Of a stretch of 64,000 nucleotides of DNA, positions 44,543 through 54,742 are shown piece after piece. Source of the DNA: a virus; IMG/VR virus record IMGVR_UViG_3300034691_000040, positions 1 to 64,000 of that record; one strand, given 5' to 3'. The notes under the pieces are model-generated. The model searched no databases. It saw only the letters and a list, made by a program, of their open reading frames with translations, and was not told the DNA's origin. Within the stretch, counting starts at the first letter, position 1. Each line of letters begins with the position of its first letter. Made by a program: the position numbers and the translations under genes.

Positions 44543-45583
44543 TTAACTGTTAAAGAGTGGTAATACAGAGGCCTGGTTGTACGGATTATTACCAGGGGTG
44601 TCGCTGCTGCTGTACTGATACCCGATCTTGATGATACCGGTCAGGTTCGTGCACAGCGCCCCAAGCTCAATCGCCACAACAAAGTTATACCCGGCGTTTT
44701 CAAGAGTTTGATCCTTAGAGACAAACCCATTGTAAATTACCTTAGCGCCGAACAGGTTGAACTCGGATGGGGTTTGTGTAGCGACCCACTTATCCTTGGT
44801 CAATGTCGCCAGCAACGTCGGTAACTGCCAAGCCACATCCAGCAGATTATCGACCTTCATTCCATAAAGCATGGCCTCAACAGCACGACGCTGATAGTGC
44901 TGTGGAAACACTTCACGGGTAACATACAACTCACCTTTCGGGATCAGAAGATCGACCTGAGGTACGTTCATGTTTCCATCCGCGTAGTAGGTCCGAAGGT
45001 CCAACAGCGAATCAATCGAAATACCCAACGATTCTACAGCCCGCCGAGTATAGATCTGCAGCTCACCGAAAAAGATCAGGTGGGTCTGTTTAAACCGCAG
45101 CGTGTAGTTACGGTTTTCCAGATACGCGGGTACGGGTTCTTGCGGAACGGGTTCGCCGTTACTGCTTTCTGCTTCAAACCCATTGACCGTTACATTCCTT
45201 GTAGCGTCAGGAAGTGACCGCGTGATCAGTTCCAGCTGTGCAAACTCGGGTTCAATTAAGATCCCATACTGCTGGTAGATGGCATTGTAGATATCGATGT
45301 CGGTATAGCCACCCACGTAAATGACCACCGGTTGTCCTTTAAGGAACACCGAGGGTTCTACGCGGTAATACGCCATGATCTGTTTTTCATCACCCCAGCC
45401 GTTCAGGGGTGAAAAGCCAACCATTATTTCAGTCAGGCCATGTTCATTCATGGTGCTAGGTGCGCCAAACTCTAACTGGTCTGGATGCAGATCACGGTTA
45501 TTGTGGTCATTGATGTAATCGACCAGCAAGTCTTTACTTTTCTTACCGTAGCGCCCCAATCGAGCATCTGGCCGATGTGACAT
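44543..45583 (-). CDS. Tail-fibre family paralog (long class, divergent)
   Basis: LLVDYINDHN start, MAYYRV core, FNLFGAKVIYNG...GIIKIGY C-terminal domain. Confidence 0.65.
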   Translation of the reverse strand: MSHRPDARLGRYGKKSKDLLVDYINDHNNRDLHPDQLEFGAPSTMNEHGLTEIMVGFSPLNGWGDEKQIMAYYRVEPSVFLKGQPVVIYVGGYTDIDIYNAIYQQYGILIEPEFAQLELITRSLPDATRNVTVNGFEAESSNGEPVPQEPVPAYLENRNYTLRFKQTHLIFFGELQIYTRRAVESLGISIDSLLDLRTYYADGNMNVPQVDLLIPKGELYVTREVFPQHYQRRAVEAMLYGMKVDNLLDVAWQLPTLLATLTKDKWVATQTPSEFNLFGAKVIYNGFVSKDQTLENAGYNFVVAIELGALCTNLTGIIKIGYQYSSSDTPGNNPYNQASVLPLFNS

Positions 45584-46194
45584 TACATAACCCTCGGTGT
45601 GTTCACAGGTGGTGCGTACACCAGACCGTCCATTACGGGGTCCGGTATCGCTGCAGCAAGCGCAATGTCCGGACCAAAATTAGGCGCCCACAGACCATCC
45701 AGAATGTTGTTCGAAAAGACCTCGGAAAGCTCTAAAGTCTCAGTAGGTTCATCAAGCACTACTGTCGTGCTACCCACCCACCTCAGTGAGTTGACTGAAG
45801 CTTTAAGTTCAAAGCTTGAGCCTTCTACTAATGCGTTTTCAAAGTCATCGTCGGTAATGACCAATCCTGAGGCCAGTGCGAGGTTATTCATCACGCCCCG
45901 CACTGTAACCGGAGGTGACACCTCTAACGCCAGCCCTGCAAAATAATCACTCACATTCAGACGATTGTAACGATAACGAAAAGACCCAGTGTAGCGAGTC
46001 TCAATGTATTCGTCGACTGACTCATGCGCCGTGAAAGTAACCTCAGTGAGCGTCCCCCCAATTGCGGTAGGGGCACTCACTGAGATACCCTGGGGCATCA
46101 TCCGCAAATTGAGATGGTTGTTGGCTAAGATCAGCAGTGCCACGGTTGGATCATGTTTCAATAACCGTAGCGTATCAGACATGGTGTTATCCAA
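45583..46194 (-). CDS. Tail-fibre family paralog (short class)
   Basis: YRYNRLNV core, SLRWVG; C-terminal motif present twice. Confidence 0.7.
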   Translation of the reverse strand: MDNTMSDTLRLLKHDPTVALLILANNHLNLRMMPQGISVSAPTAIGGTLTEVTFTAHESVDEYIETRYTGSFRYRYNRLNVSDYFAGLALEVSPPVTVRGVMNNLALASGLVITDDDFENALVEGSSFELKASVNSLRWVGSTTVVLDEPTETLELSEVFSNNILDGLWAPNFGPDIALAAAIPDPVMDGLVYAPPVNTPRVM

Positions 46195-46202
46195 TTAAAG
46201 AC

Positions 46203-47156
46203 TTAGACGGTTCTGTTGTACTCAATAAAAATCGAGCCAACATAGGCTAACGAGGCTTTGTTAAAGTTCACGACTGCTTTTTTACGACTGCCCACGGTTT
46301 GTGTAGGCAACGCCTCATCAGCGATGTCATCTGCCGTGATGGTACATTTCATTGCCTCAGAAAGCTGAATTGCCAAAGCTTTAGTGGTTAACCGCTGAGG
46401 ACCTGAGAGCTTTATTGATTTGTTAAACGACCTCGGAAAACTACGCCGCTGGTAAACCAACGTGAGTGATCCCACGTAAGGAAACCCATTAAACGTCAGG
46501 GTGACTCGTGTGTTATCGCCATCATGATCGGCACCGATCTGCTCAGGTAGCTCGTAGGTCACCATCGTTGGGGAGATGACGGTTGGCAAGCCGGTGTTGG
46601 TCATGTTCAGCGCAAACACCAAACTACCAATAACGGACGATGACATAAACCCAGCGTTGAATGGAATGGTCAGGACAGTGTTACGCACGAGGCCGGTAAT
46701 CTCAATGGCTTGCGCACCGATCACCATGTCAACTGAACCAACCCACCGATAGGATTCATCAGCCGCCAATACTTCGGCAACCCCTAAGGCAGTCCATGTC
46801 GCTTCTGTTACATCGCCATTAACCACAGGGATCTGAGCAGGCAGCAGCAAAGCTCTGAGGAGATCGGACGAATCCGTAGGAAGCTGGGACTGTAGGCGCA
46901 GGTCCATCCCCGCCACGAATCCAGCCAGATCAATCCGGTCATACTCGAAGATAAACCCTCCAGCACGATCCCACAACTCAACGGGTGCAAGCTTCTTATC
47001 CAAAGTCGCAAACACTTGCGTCCTCAGACCACCCAATGAGATCGGCTTATCTATCTTTAAATAGCTTGCTCGAAGCGGTGCACGAACCTGCTCTTGTATC
47101 TGAGCACGCACCGCTTCGAGCGGATGCATCTTTAATAACGTTTCTGGTGCGATCAT
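46203..47156 (-). CDS. Tail-fibre family paralog with two core domains
   Basis: FEYDRIDL...SYRWVG and LVYQRRSF...SLAYVG. Confidence 0.65.
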   Translation of the reverse strand: MIAPETLLKMHPLEAVRAQIQEQVRAPLRASYLKIDKPISLGGLRTQVFATLDKKLAPVELWDRAGGFIFEYDRIDLAGFVAGMDLRLQSQLPTDSSDLLRALLLPAQIPVVNGDVTEATWTALGVAEVLAADESYRWVGSVDMVIGAQAIEITGLVRNTVLTIPFNAGFMSSSVIGSLVFALNMTNTGLPTVISPTMVTYELPEQIGADHDGDNTRVTLTFNGFPYVGSLTLVYQRRSFPRSFNKSIKLSGPQRLTTKALAIQLSEAMKCTITADDIADEALPTQTVGSRKKAVVNFNKASLAYVGSIFIEYNRTV

Positions 47157-47172
47157 CTCGCCTCCCTACTCT

Positions 47173-49452
47173 TTATAGGCCGAGAAGAATAAGCCTTCGG
47201 GCATTCGTTAATGCGCTGTATCCAGGCGAGGGTGCGGCAACGAACAATGCGTCGAGCGGTTTAGGCACCAGCGGACTGTATCCGTAGACGTCATTTACCT
47301 CAAGTGCATCGAGATCAACCATGGCGTCAGGGATTACCGAAATCAACGGCATCGGGTTTTCAAGAGGGTGGAGTGTATCTACCATCCCCAAGTACCTGAT
47401 GTTAACCGCTACTGGAACCTTTACAAACTGTTCTGAAGTAGTGGACCGAAGTTTCAGCATCGGCTGATGCAATGTGGCCTTTACATTCGTGACGCTTTTT
47501 TCCGTGATCTTAAGAATCGTAGGAAGCGGATTCTCAATCTCAAAGGTGGTGTCAGTAAAGATGTTTGGCAAAGACAGTTTAGGGAACTTGCCATCAACGA
47601 TCTTGATAGGACTGTCGTTAATCTGAGCAATGAACTGAACAGAATAGGACGACAATGCTTTCATGATCCGGATCATTGCAGCGTGAACATCCCGCATACG
47701 CAATGAAACACCCAGGTCGGCACCTGTAGCCGTTTGCAGAATCTGATTAGCGATCGCAGCGTACTCGACCTGACCCATGGCGCTGGTATCAATCCCCAAC
47801 TCCCCGAACCATTCTTCATACGTCTTGGTTTCACCCAAGTCAATACGAATGTCCATGTAGCAGCGATCAATCATGGCATGCAACGTACCTTCGGTTTTGT
47901 AATCACCTTGGTAATGCCGCATGTCACGAAGGTGTAGCATGGATTTGTGAATGGAGACACATGCTTCACGGAACGACTCAATGCTCACGAATGCATTGAT
48001 GGGAACCTGACTATCCAAAATGTGATTAATGAAGTAATCGGGCACTTGTCGCTTCGAACCCATCCCACGTAGTTCGGCAAACGTAGGCGCAGTGATCGTT
48101 GGATCGACCGGAAGTCTTACAACCCGATTCGCGCCAAGCACTGGCAGGTGTGGAAGCTTTTGGTTATTGGCTGCGTTGTATGCGTACAGATAGAAAATGA
48201 ACGCATTCTTCATCGAGAGCTTGTAGATGTCACCATTGGCCGGGTTTGTAACCGTGATCACCGATGCGTACAGATTAAAGTTCGCAAAGTAAATCCAATG
48301 GTTCAGCAGTACGTCTGTCAACGTAAACGGTTCAGCATCAGTACGGTCAACCACGTTCGATTCAAGAACCTTGGTTTTAAGACCCACCAACTTACTGTCA
48401 CGCACACGTTGATTGTACGTCAGCTCGACATCGTCACGCTCACGAGGGTTATCGCGGGCAACGCCCAACTCCATGTCAAGCATCTGACCCACAGTCTTGG
48501 TCGGATCGCCGGCTGCAGGCTCAATGCCATTAAGCGTAAAGCGATTAAGCACGACTGTTGGTTCAAGGTTGGTGACCAGATCCTTATAGTCATGATCGAC
48601 CCGATAGCCAGACAGGTTGTATCCCCGATCTGTCAAGATGTGATCAGTAACCAATGTCAAGATTTCTTCACGACCTAAGTTGCGGTTCAAGTACCTGATG
48701 TTACGGTACAGCCACAGCTTTTGCTTTAAGGTCATGTAGTCAAACTCTTTACCGACTTCGCTGAAGGATAAGAGATATTGACGGATGTGGTAGCTGTGGG
48801 CTTGGTCTGTCAGACACGCCGCTTTACGGATGTTGATAATCCAGTTAGCGATACGGGTCTGAAGCACCATGAACAAACCCGGATAGAAATAGGGTTCGAA
48901 CAGGGTGTAGTCAATGTTGTAATACCGAACGAAATAGCGAAGAATCCTGTTCTGAAGTTCCGGGATCAATTTCTGTTCTGTGGGCTCGACCAACGACTTA
49001 TCGTAAAATAAGATGGTATGGTCATCCGCTGCGTAGGCAGTGTCTATGTCGATTGGATTGACGATGCCTTTAATCAGGCTAACCTGATCCGGATACGCTT
49101 TGAGCAAGTCATTGTAGAACTTACTACCGTAGATGTACTGTCGCTTTGTCCCTCGGTGGATCTTAAGGTTCTCAACAGTAAAGTCGATAACCTCTTCGGT
49201 GTCCAACGAAATGATTTGCATGCGCGACTGAGTGCCGCCAGACAAAGCAAGAATTTGGTCGATGTCACGCTTGTGGTATTGACCCGACAAGTTCAGGTAA
49301 TACTTCCACGAACGAGGATCATCTGGATCGACAGCATATTCGAGTTGCACGAGCAGCTTATTTACAGCCGACACCTCGTACTCGCTTTTGATGATCAGCG
49401 TTGCCGCTAGACTCAAAATGCTTTTTATATAGAGCCGATAATAGGCGTTCAT
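47173..49452 (-). CDS. Baseplate-type virion structural protein (phiKZ gp128-like)
   Basis: WKYYLNLSGQYH and HSYHIRQYL motifs; divergent from the portal gene as remembered for phiKZ-like phages. Confidence 0.6.
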   Translation of the reverse strand: MNAYYRLYIKSILSLAATLIIKSEYEVSAVNKLLVQLEYAVDPDDPRSWKYYLNLSGQYHKRDIDQILALSGGTQSRMQIISLDTEEVIDFTVENLKIHRGTKRQYIYGSKFYNDLLKAYPDQVSLIKGIVNPIDIDTAYAADDHTILFYDKSLVEPTEQKLIPELQNRILRYFVRYYNIDYTLFEPYFYPGLFMVLQTRIANWIINIRKAACLTDQAHSYHIRQYLLSFSEVGKEFDYMTLKQKLWLYRNIRYLNRNLGREEILTLVTDHILTDRGYNLSGYRVDHDYKDLVTNLEPTVVLNRFTLNGIEPAAGDPTKTVGQMLDMELGVARDNPRERDDVELTYNQRVRDSKLVGLKTKVLESNVVDRTDAEPFTLTDVLLNHWIYFANFNLYASVITVTNPANGDIYKLSMKNAFIFYLYAYNAANNQKLPHLPVLGANRVVRLPVDPTITAPTFAELRGMGSKRQVPDYFINHILDSQVPINAFVSIESFREACVSIHKSMLHLRDMRHYQGDYKTEGTLHAMIDRCYMDIRIDLGETKTYEEWFGELGIDTSAMGQVEYAAIANQILQTATGADLGVSLRMRDVHAAMIRIMKALSSYSVQFIAQINDSPIKIVDGKFPKLSLPNIFTDTTFEIENPLPTILKITEKSVTNVKATLHQPMLKLRSTTSEQFVKVPVAVNIRYLGMVDTLHPLENPMPLISVIPDAMVDLDALEVNDVYGYSPLVPKPLDALFVAAPSPGYSALTNARRLILLGL

Positions 49453-49482
49453 GGTTTACTACCTGATCGTTTAGGAGAGCAG

Positions 49483-52311
49483 TTGATGGATAACGATAAT
49501 GCACGCGGTTCTTCTCGCGTCGAGCGGTTCAAGAACGCGTCGGAAGCTGACCTGCGCGTCGTCGAGCGCCTGACCGCCGACAGATCCAACCCACGTAAGC
49601 CAGGTGGGCGCGACATCGACGCAACGGCGCTGAATGCGGTCTTCAGAAGAACCTTGCGTGAAACGACAGATGTTCGTAACATCTTTAAGATCATGCCTGA
49701 CCTTAACCTGCCAAGAGAAATCTTGGTCAGCGCCGTTGTAGCCCCAGGCGATCTTGCAACAACCAGCCTGCTGTTTAAAAACAACTGCGGTAAGGACACC
49801 TCACTCACCGGCGCGTTGACCGACCTGCTTCACAACCACTTTGTTAACGAACAAAAGCTTGAGCGTAAAGTCGCTAACTGGATTGATGATGCCTTGATCA
49901 TGTCAGGCTCTCACCCAATCATGATCCTTCCAGAAGCGTCTATCGACCGCCTGGTACGTGGTGATGATGGCGGCGGTGCAAGCATGGAGTCCGTCAACTA
50001 TTACGGCGGTGAGTTTGAGAACAAATGGTTCAAGCCAAAAGGTATCTTCGGCCTGTCCTTGAGTGGGCAGAACGAGAAGCAGCACTACCTTAGCGTCGAG
50101 AACGCAAGGGCAAGAACAGACATGCGAGACATGCTGGACTGCCATACCATCAAGGTCGGGCGTCCTAATGGCACTCGCATAATGCTCCCTATCCGCGTTA
50201 CGGATAACTTGGTGGCACTGCGTCAGCCAGCGGTTCAAAAGGTCCGTACAGCACAAGCGCTTGAATCGGTTTATGGTACGCCTGAACTGGAATCCCGTCG
50301 TCGTGCGCGCCGCCAACGCGAACACACTGAAGACGTGGCGGCTGGTCGTGATCCAAAGGCCAGTAAAGGCAAGAAGTCTGAAAAGACCATCGGTGATACA
50401 GCTGTCTTTAATCGTTTCTTTAAAGCCCCTCAGAAGGCGTCAAAGAACCGGTTGGAAGTTATCCCTACGCTGAAACAAGTAGGCGGTAAGACAGTAGGTC
50501 ACCCATTGGTGTATCACCTTGCCGCTGAATCGGTTATGCCGATCTTCGTTCCAGGTGACCCAACTAACCACTTGGCTTATATCGTAGCCTTGGGTGGGAA
50601 TGGTTATCCGATCTCGTTCACCACTTCGCTTGACTTCTACGACGACATCCGTAAAGGTTCGGCTGGCGGTGCTGACCAGGTGGGTTCTGCCTCCCAAGTA
50701 GCTGGCGAATTGCTGAACATGTCTAAGGAGACTATTCAGGGCGGTATAGCTAACGCCAGTGACGTGGTGATTGACCGTTTAGCCAGCATGCACGGTGACA
50801 TGATTGAAGGCGACATCCTTGCTCGTTTGAAGTCGGGTATGTTGGGCGGTGATTTTGAACTGTCCCGCACTGACCACATCGACCGTATGTTGCTTGCCCG
50901 TACTAACAAAAACCAACTGACCACATTGCTGTACGTGCCAGCTGAGTTGATGGTGTACTGGGCTTACGACTATAACGAATACGGTATTGGTCGCTCGATC
51001 CTTGAAGACGCCAAGACGCTGGCCGCTCAGCGTGCTGCCGTCATGATGGCTTCGGTTATCGGCATGACCCGCAACTCTATCCCCGGTAAGAACATCAAGT
51101 TGACTGTGGATGAGTCCGACCGTGATCCATTGGGTGCTGTTACATTTGCTGCCAGTGAAGCCATGGCGTTGGCGTTTAACCAGTTCCCTCTGGGTATCAG
51201 TAGTCCTCAGAGTTTGGCTGAACAGTTGCAGATGTCTGCGATGTCGTTGAGCGTATCGGGCAACCCTCGGTTCCCAACGATTGAAACAGAGATCACAGCC
51301 GCTGAGAGCTCGTACAAGGCGGTTGACATTGACTTCTTGAACAGTATGCGTGCTGACTTGGTTCGTGTCTTCAGCCTGACACCAGAGATGGTAGACGGCG
51401 TGAACCAAGCTGACTTCGCAACCAGTATTGTTCGCCAGTCCGTGATGTTGCTCAAACGCGTAATGGTGTTGCAGGGTGAGACTAACCCTCAGATCGCCGA
51501 CTACGTGCGGATCTTTACTTTGAACTCAGGGCTTCTCATCGACTCGATGATGGACTTGATTGAAGAGAACAAGGCCGAGATACCAGAAGAGTACGCAGAT
51601 GATCCTGAAGGCTTCCTGGAGGTCTTCATGAACCAGCTGACGGTGACTCTGCCTGAAGTTGTAACGGACTCCATGTCCAAGCAGTTGGAGATGTACAAAG
51701 AGTACGAAGCGGGTCTGGACGATCTGATCGCAGCTTATCTCAAGGAAGATTACTTCGACGGTTACATGGACCCTGTTACACAAGCAGGTCTTACAAGCGC
51801 TGCTGCTGCTTGGAAAGGTCGTGAGCTGCGTCGTTGGATGCGTGAACGTGGCATGTTCCGCGATCTCGATATCTTCGGCACTGATGAAGAAGGGAGTCCT
51901 CTCTTCAAGTTGGGTGAGGAGATGGAGACTTACGCTGAATCCGTCATGGCCGCTATTAGCGATTTCAGTAAGAAATCTGCTCGTGCTGCTGCTGCGCGTA
52001 AAAATGATGTCAAGACACTGAACAAGTTGGACCAGGTGGCTAAGGATGCCATTGCTGGCGGTGAGGATGAACCTGTTCCGGTAGAAGGTGCTGAAACACC
52101 GACTGATGGCCTTGATAATCAAGAGAATCAATGGCAAGACACCGGTGGTACGGATACCGAAGATGCAGCTAGCGATGATCTGAGCCCTCCTGATTTGGAT
52201 GGTACAGGCGCGCCTGCTGAGGAAACTCCAGAGGAAACTGGTGATGAAACTGCAAAGGCTAAACCTGCCGCCACTGATGACAGTGACGACTTGAGTCCAC
52301 CTAAGCTGTAA
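49483..52311 (+). CDS. Portal protein (phiKZ gp129-like)
   Basis: 942 aa, helical, with a long acidic C-terminal tail; size and synteny. Confidence 0.7.
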   Translation: MMDNDNARGSSRVERFKNASEADLRVVERLTADRSNPRKPGGRDIDATALNAVFRRTLRETTDVRNIFKIMPDLNLPREILVSAVVAPGDLATTSLLFKNNCGKDTSLTGALTDLLHNHFVNEQKLERKVANWIDDALIMSGSHPIMILPEASIDRLVRGDDGGGASMESVNYYGGEFENKWFKPKGIFGLSLSGQNEKQHYLSVENARARTDMRDMLDCHTIKVGRPNGTRIMLPIRVTDNLVALRQPAVQKVRTAQALESVYGTPELESRRRARRQREHTEDVAAGRDPKASKGKKSEKTIGDTAVFNRFFKAPQKASKNRLEVIPTLKQVGGKTVGHPLVYHLAAESVMPIFVPGDPTNHLAYIVALGGNGYPISFTTSLDFYDDIRKGSAGGADQVGSASQVAGELLNMSKETIQGGIANASDVVIDRLASMHGDMIEGDILARLKSGMLGGDFELSRTDHIDRMLLARTNKNQLTTLLYVPAELMVYWAYDYNEYGIGRSILEDAKTLAAQRAAVMMASVIGMTRNSIPGKNIKLTVDESDRDPLGAVTFAASEAMALAFNQFPLGISSPQSLAEQLQMSAMSLSVSGNPRFPTIETEITAAESSYKAVDIDFLNSMRADLVRVFSLTPEMVDGVNQADFATSIVRQSVMLLKRVMVLQGETNPQIADYVRIFTLNSGLLIDSMMDLIEENKAEIPEEYADDPEGFLEVFMNQLTVTLPEVVTDSMSKQLEMYKEYEAGLDDLIAAYLKEDYFDGYMDPVTQAGLTSAAAAWKGRELRRWMRERGMFRDLDIFGTDEEGSPLFKLGEEMETYAESVMAAISDFSKKSARAAAARKNDVKTLNKLDQVAKDAIAGGEDEPVPVEGAETPTDGLDNQENQWQDTGGTDTEDAASDDLSPPDLDGTGAPAEETPEETGDETAKAKPAATDDSDDLSPPKL

Positions 52312-52318
52312 GCATTTT

Positions 52319-52350
52319 GCGGACGGGCTTCGGCTCGTCCGTTTATGCCG
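52319..52350 (+). terminator. Hairpin (TATG family)
   Basis: GCGGACGGGC-TTCG-GCTCGTCCGT-TTATGCC. Confidence 0.7.
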
Positions 52351-52574
52351 TAAGTTGTTTTGTAAACTTTAACTTTTGAGTTATTTATTGTATAGGCAAA
52401 ACTAGTGCAGAGAACTCGGTAGACTTGGGACTATATTCATGGGGAGGGGGGTTTTTTAGTGGAACACTCATTAAACATTAGTAGTGTTTAAATACAAGAC
52501 CTCATGATTAAATGTCTAGGAATAAGTCCTGAAGGCTTCCTAGATACATTCCATACCCTAATCGGAATCTAACC

Positions 52575-53369
52575 ATGACAGAGTTAAACGCTAACCCCAT
52601 CCTCACCAGACTCGGTAACAAGACATCGGGTACTATCAAGTTTGATGAATCATTCCGTAATGACTACTTCGCCATTACGTCAATGGACCCGACCATCCCA
52701 ACCCCATTTCAAGACCTTCCAAACTTTGGTCTGATCTTAAAGTCTACCCGGACACACAAACTCTATCACGCAGTTTTTAGCGTAAGGCCCTCGGGTTGGA
52801 GTTTTGAAGGTGTTCAGCTTAGCAGCCTTATTGAATCGACGGTAACTCAGTTCACCGCAATGCTCGCTGAGAAAGGCTACGAGTTCGACGATTACTGCTT
52901 TGACCCTAAATGTCACATCGCCACACCACGGCGCAGTAACCAGTTACGTGGACTGCTTCGTTCCGTCATGGGTCAGTTTAATTTTAACGTGCGTAGTGAG
53001 CTAAAGGCCACATCCAGCAACAGAGTCTTTCAGTTCTATCTTCGGTTTGATCTAGTCGTGCGTGGCTTTAATGCTGACAAGATGGGTAAGATCGGCCATC
53101 AGCTGGACTGCACGTATGACGGTAAGGGAGCTCCTAAAGGCGTTGTCAAGTACCATGGTCAGGACGTCGTGTTCTTCCTTCATTCTGATTCGCACATGGA
53201 TCTGAGTACTTACGTCGGCAATGAAGAAGTAGAGAAACAGATCAAGGATAAGTTCACAGAACTGTGGCCGTTTGACCCAACAACGCTTGAGTGGACATTT
53301 TATCCACCTGCATCCAGTCCGACTAGTCTGTACGACGTGTATCGTCGATTTAACTCAATCGATAGCTAA
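52575..53369 (+). CDS. Hypothetical protein
   Basis: 264-aa ORF. Confidence 0.75.
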   Translation: MTELNANPILTRLGNKTSGTIKFDESFRNDYFAITSMDPTIPTPFQDLPNFGLILKSTRTHKLYHAVFSVRPSGWSFEGVQLSSLIESTVTQFTAMLAEKGYEFDDYCFDPKCHIATPRRSNQLRGLLRSVMGQFNFNVRSELKATSSNRVFQFYLRFDLVVRGFNADKMGKIGHQLDCTYDGKGAPKGVVKYHGQDVVFFLHSDSHMDLSTYVGNEEVEKQIKDKFTELWPFDPTTLEWTFYPPASSPTSLYDVYRRFNSIDS

Positions 53370-53378
53370 GTCGCTAAA

Positions 53379-53408
53379 GCACACCGGCACGAAGCCGGTG
53401 TGTATGCC
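53379..53408 (+). terminator. Hairpin (TATG family)
   Basis: GCACACCGGC / GCCGGTGTGT followed by ATGCC. Confidence 0.7.
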
Positions 53409-53415
53409 GCATCAT

Positions 53416-53442
53416 TGAACTTTACGCTAGTCATACATCACG
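53416..53442 (+). promoter_or_regulatory. Putative early promoter (27-nt motif)
   Basis: TGAACTTTACGCTAGTCATACATCACG, 21/27 match to 9854-9880. Confidence 0.6.
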
Positions 53443-53532
53443 ATGATGCCATACACCTAACAAGGGTTATTGGTAATCCCTCAAACAACCTAACGAGCAT
53501 ACACACTCTAGGGTTAGCACAAGGTAAACATC

Positions 53533-54690
53533 ATGAAAACTATCTGTAATCGTTTCACCGTTGACGGTCTGTTGATTAACGTGCACGATTTGAATGTTCC
53601 AATGTCCGGCCTACGAGACCTGTATACGGCCATAATCGTCACTGCTGACGGTGGTCCAGAAGGACGTAGTGATTTCGGCCTGTCTATCCAGCCAACTGAA
53701 GTCACTGAAGGTCTTTCAAATTACGATCTTCAGCGGCGGATTGCCACGGATTACTTTCGCAAGATGGTGTTAGCTGAGTTGAACGGTTTGGACATCCAAC
53801 CATCTTACTTGGATGGGTTACTGGAACAACTGTCAAGAACTGTGGCATCTCAGTCAGAAGGCGTTAAGCGCTTGGGTCGGATGTACACTCAAGACAGCGA
53901 TATGTTCGCGAAAATCAACATCGATGACATTTGGTCAGTAAACATTTTTAATGAAGTTCATTCTTCAATCAAATTTGAAGATGGGTTGTGGGGGCAGTTT
54001 CTTTGCAGCGCCATGCCAACTGCCATGTTTCAACTAACCCATCGTGAATACGCATATGGCACTCGTGTTCCATTTAAGCATAACGGCATGGTGGATATTA
54101 AACACAAGGATGAAATGCAACATTGGCTGAAAGTAGAGTTCTTGGAGCGTTGGGGCAGATTACTTTCGCAAGAGGTCGTCGACTCAATTGAATTTGTATT
54201 TGATGGTCAGTGCTTAGCGGTACCGTTACATGAAAAACGCAGTGAGCGGATCTTGTCACCTCACGAGTACCATGTGGGGGAGGAGATACAAATGGACAGC
54301 CAAAGAATGGGCCGGGTTGATGTTACTGTAACCCCGGGTCCGAAAGAGTTTTTGACACCGTCGTCATCCGAACACCAGATATCGGTGAGTGTCAATAAAC
54401 TTAACCCGCCAGGTGGTTTCTCCGCTGAGTATGAAGTGGGTACTTCGGCTGAACGTAGAATGCGTAAGCTGCGCCCCGGTGTGGAAATCCAGGTATATGG
54501 GGCAGTCAGCGAGATCACTGAAATTGTACCGCTGGACGAATCCACAGAAGCTGGTACTCGTATCTTGATTATGTCTATCGCGAGTGACGGTGAAACTTTC
54601 TTGTTCCTAATCGGAGCTCGTGGGCAAGATCACGTCTACGCTACAGGTATTCCCGTAGCCGATATTACTGACATTTTGCTTACTGTCTAA
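53533..54690 (+). CDS. Hypothetical protein
   Basis: 385-aa ORF with AAGG RBS. Confidence 0.8.
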   Translation: MKTICNRFTVDGLLINVHDLNVPMSGLRDLYTAIIVTADGGPEGRSDFGLSIQPTEVTEGLSNYDLQRRIATDYFRKMVLAELNGLDIQPSYLDGLLEQLSRTVASQSEGVKRLGRMYTQDSDMFAKINIDDIWSVNIFNEVHSSIKFEDGLWGQFLCSAMPTAMFQLTHREYAYGTRVPFKHNGMVDIKHKDEMQHWLKVEFLERWGRLLSQEVVDSIEFVFDGQCLAVPLHEKRSERILSPHEYHVGEEIQMDSQRMGRVDVTVTPGPKEFLTPSSSEHQISVSVNKLNPPGGFSAEYEVGTSAERRMRKLRPGVEIQVYGAVSEITEIVPLDESTEAGTRILIMSIASDGETFLFLIGARGQDHVYATGIPVADITDILLTV

Positions 54691-54697
54691 CTAGCAG

Positions 54698-54729
54698 CAT
54701 ACACCCCCGGCATTAGCCGGGGGTGTATG
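54698..54729. terminator. Bidirectional hairpin (CATA...TATG family)
   Basis: Perfect 14-bp stem CATACACCCCCGGC-ATTA-GCCGGGGGTGTATG. Confidence 0.8.
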
Positions 54730-54742
54730 TCTATTCTTTTTT

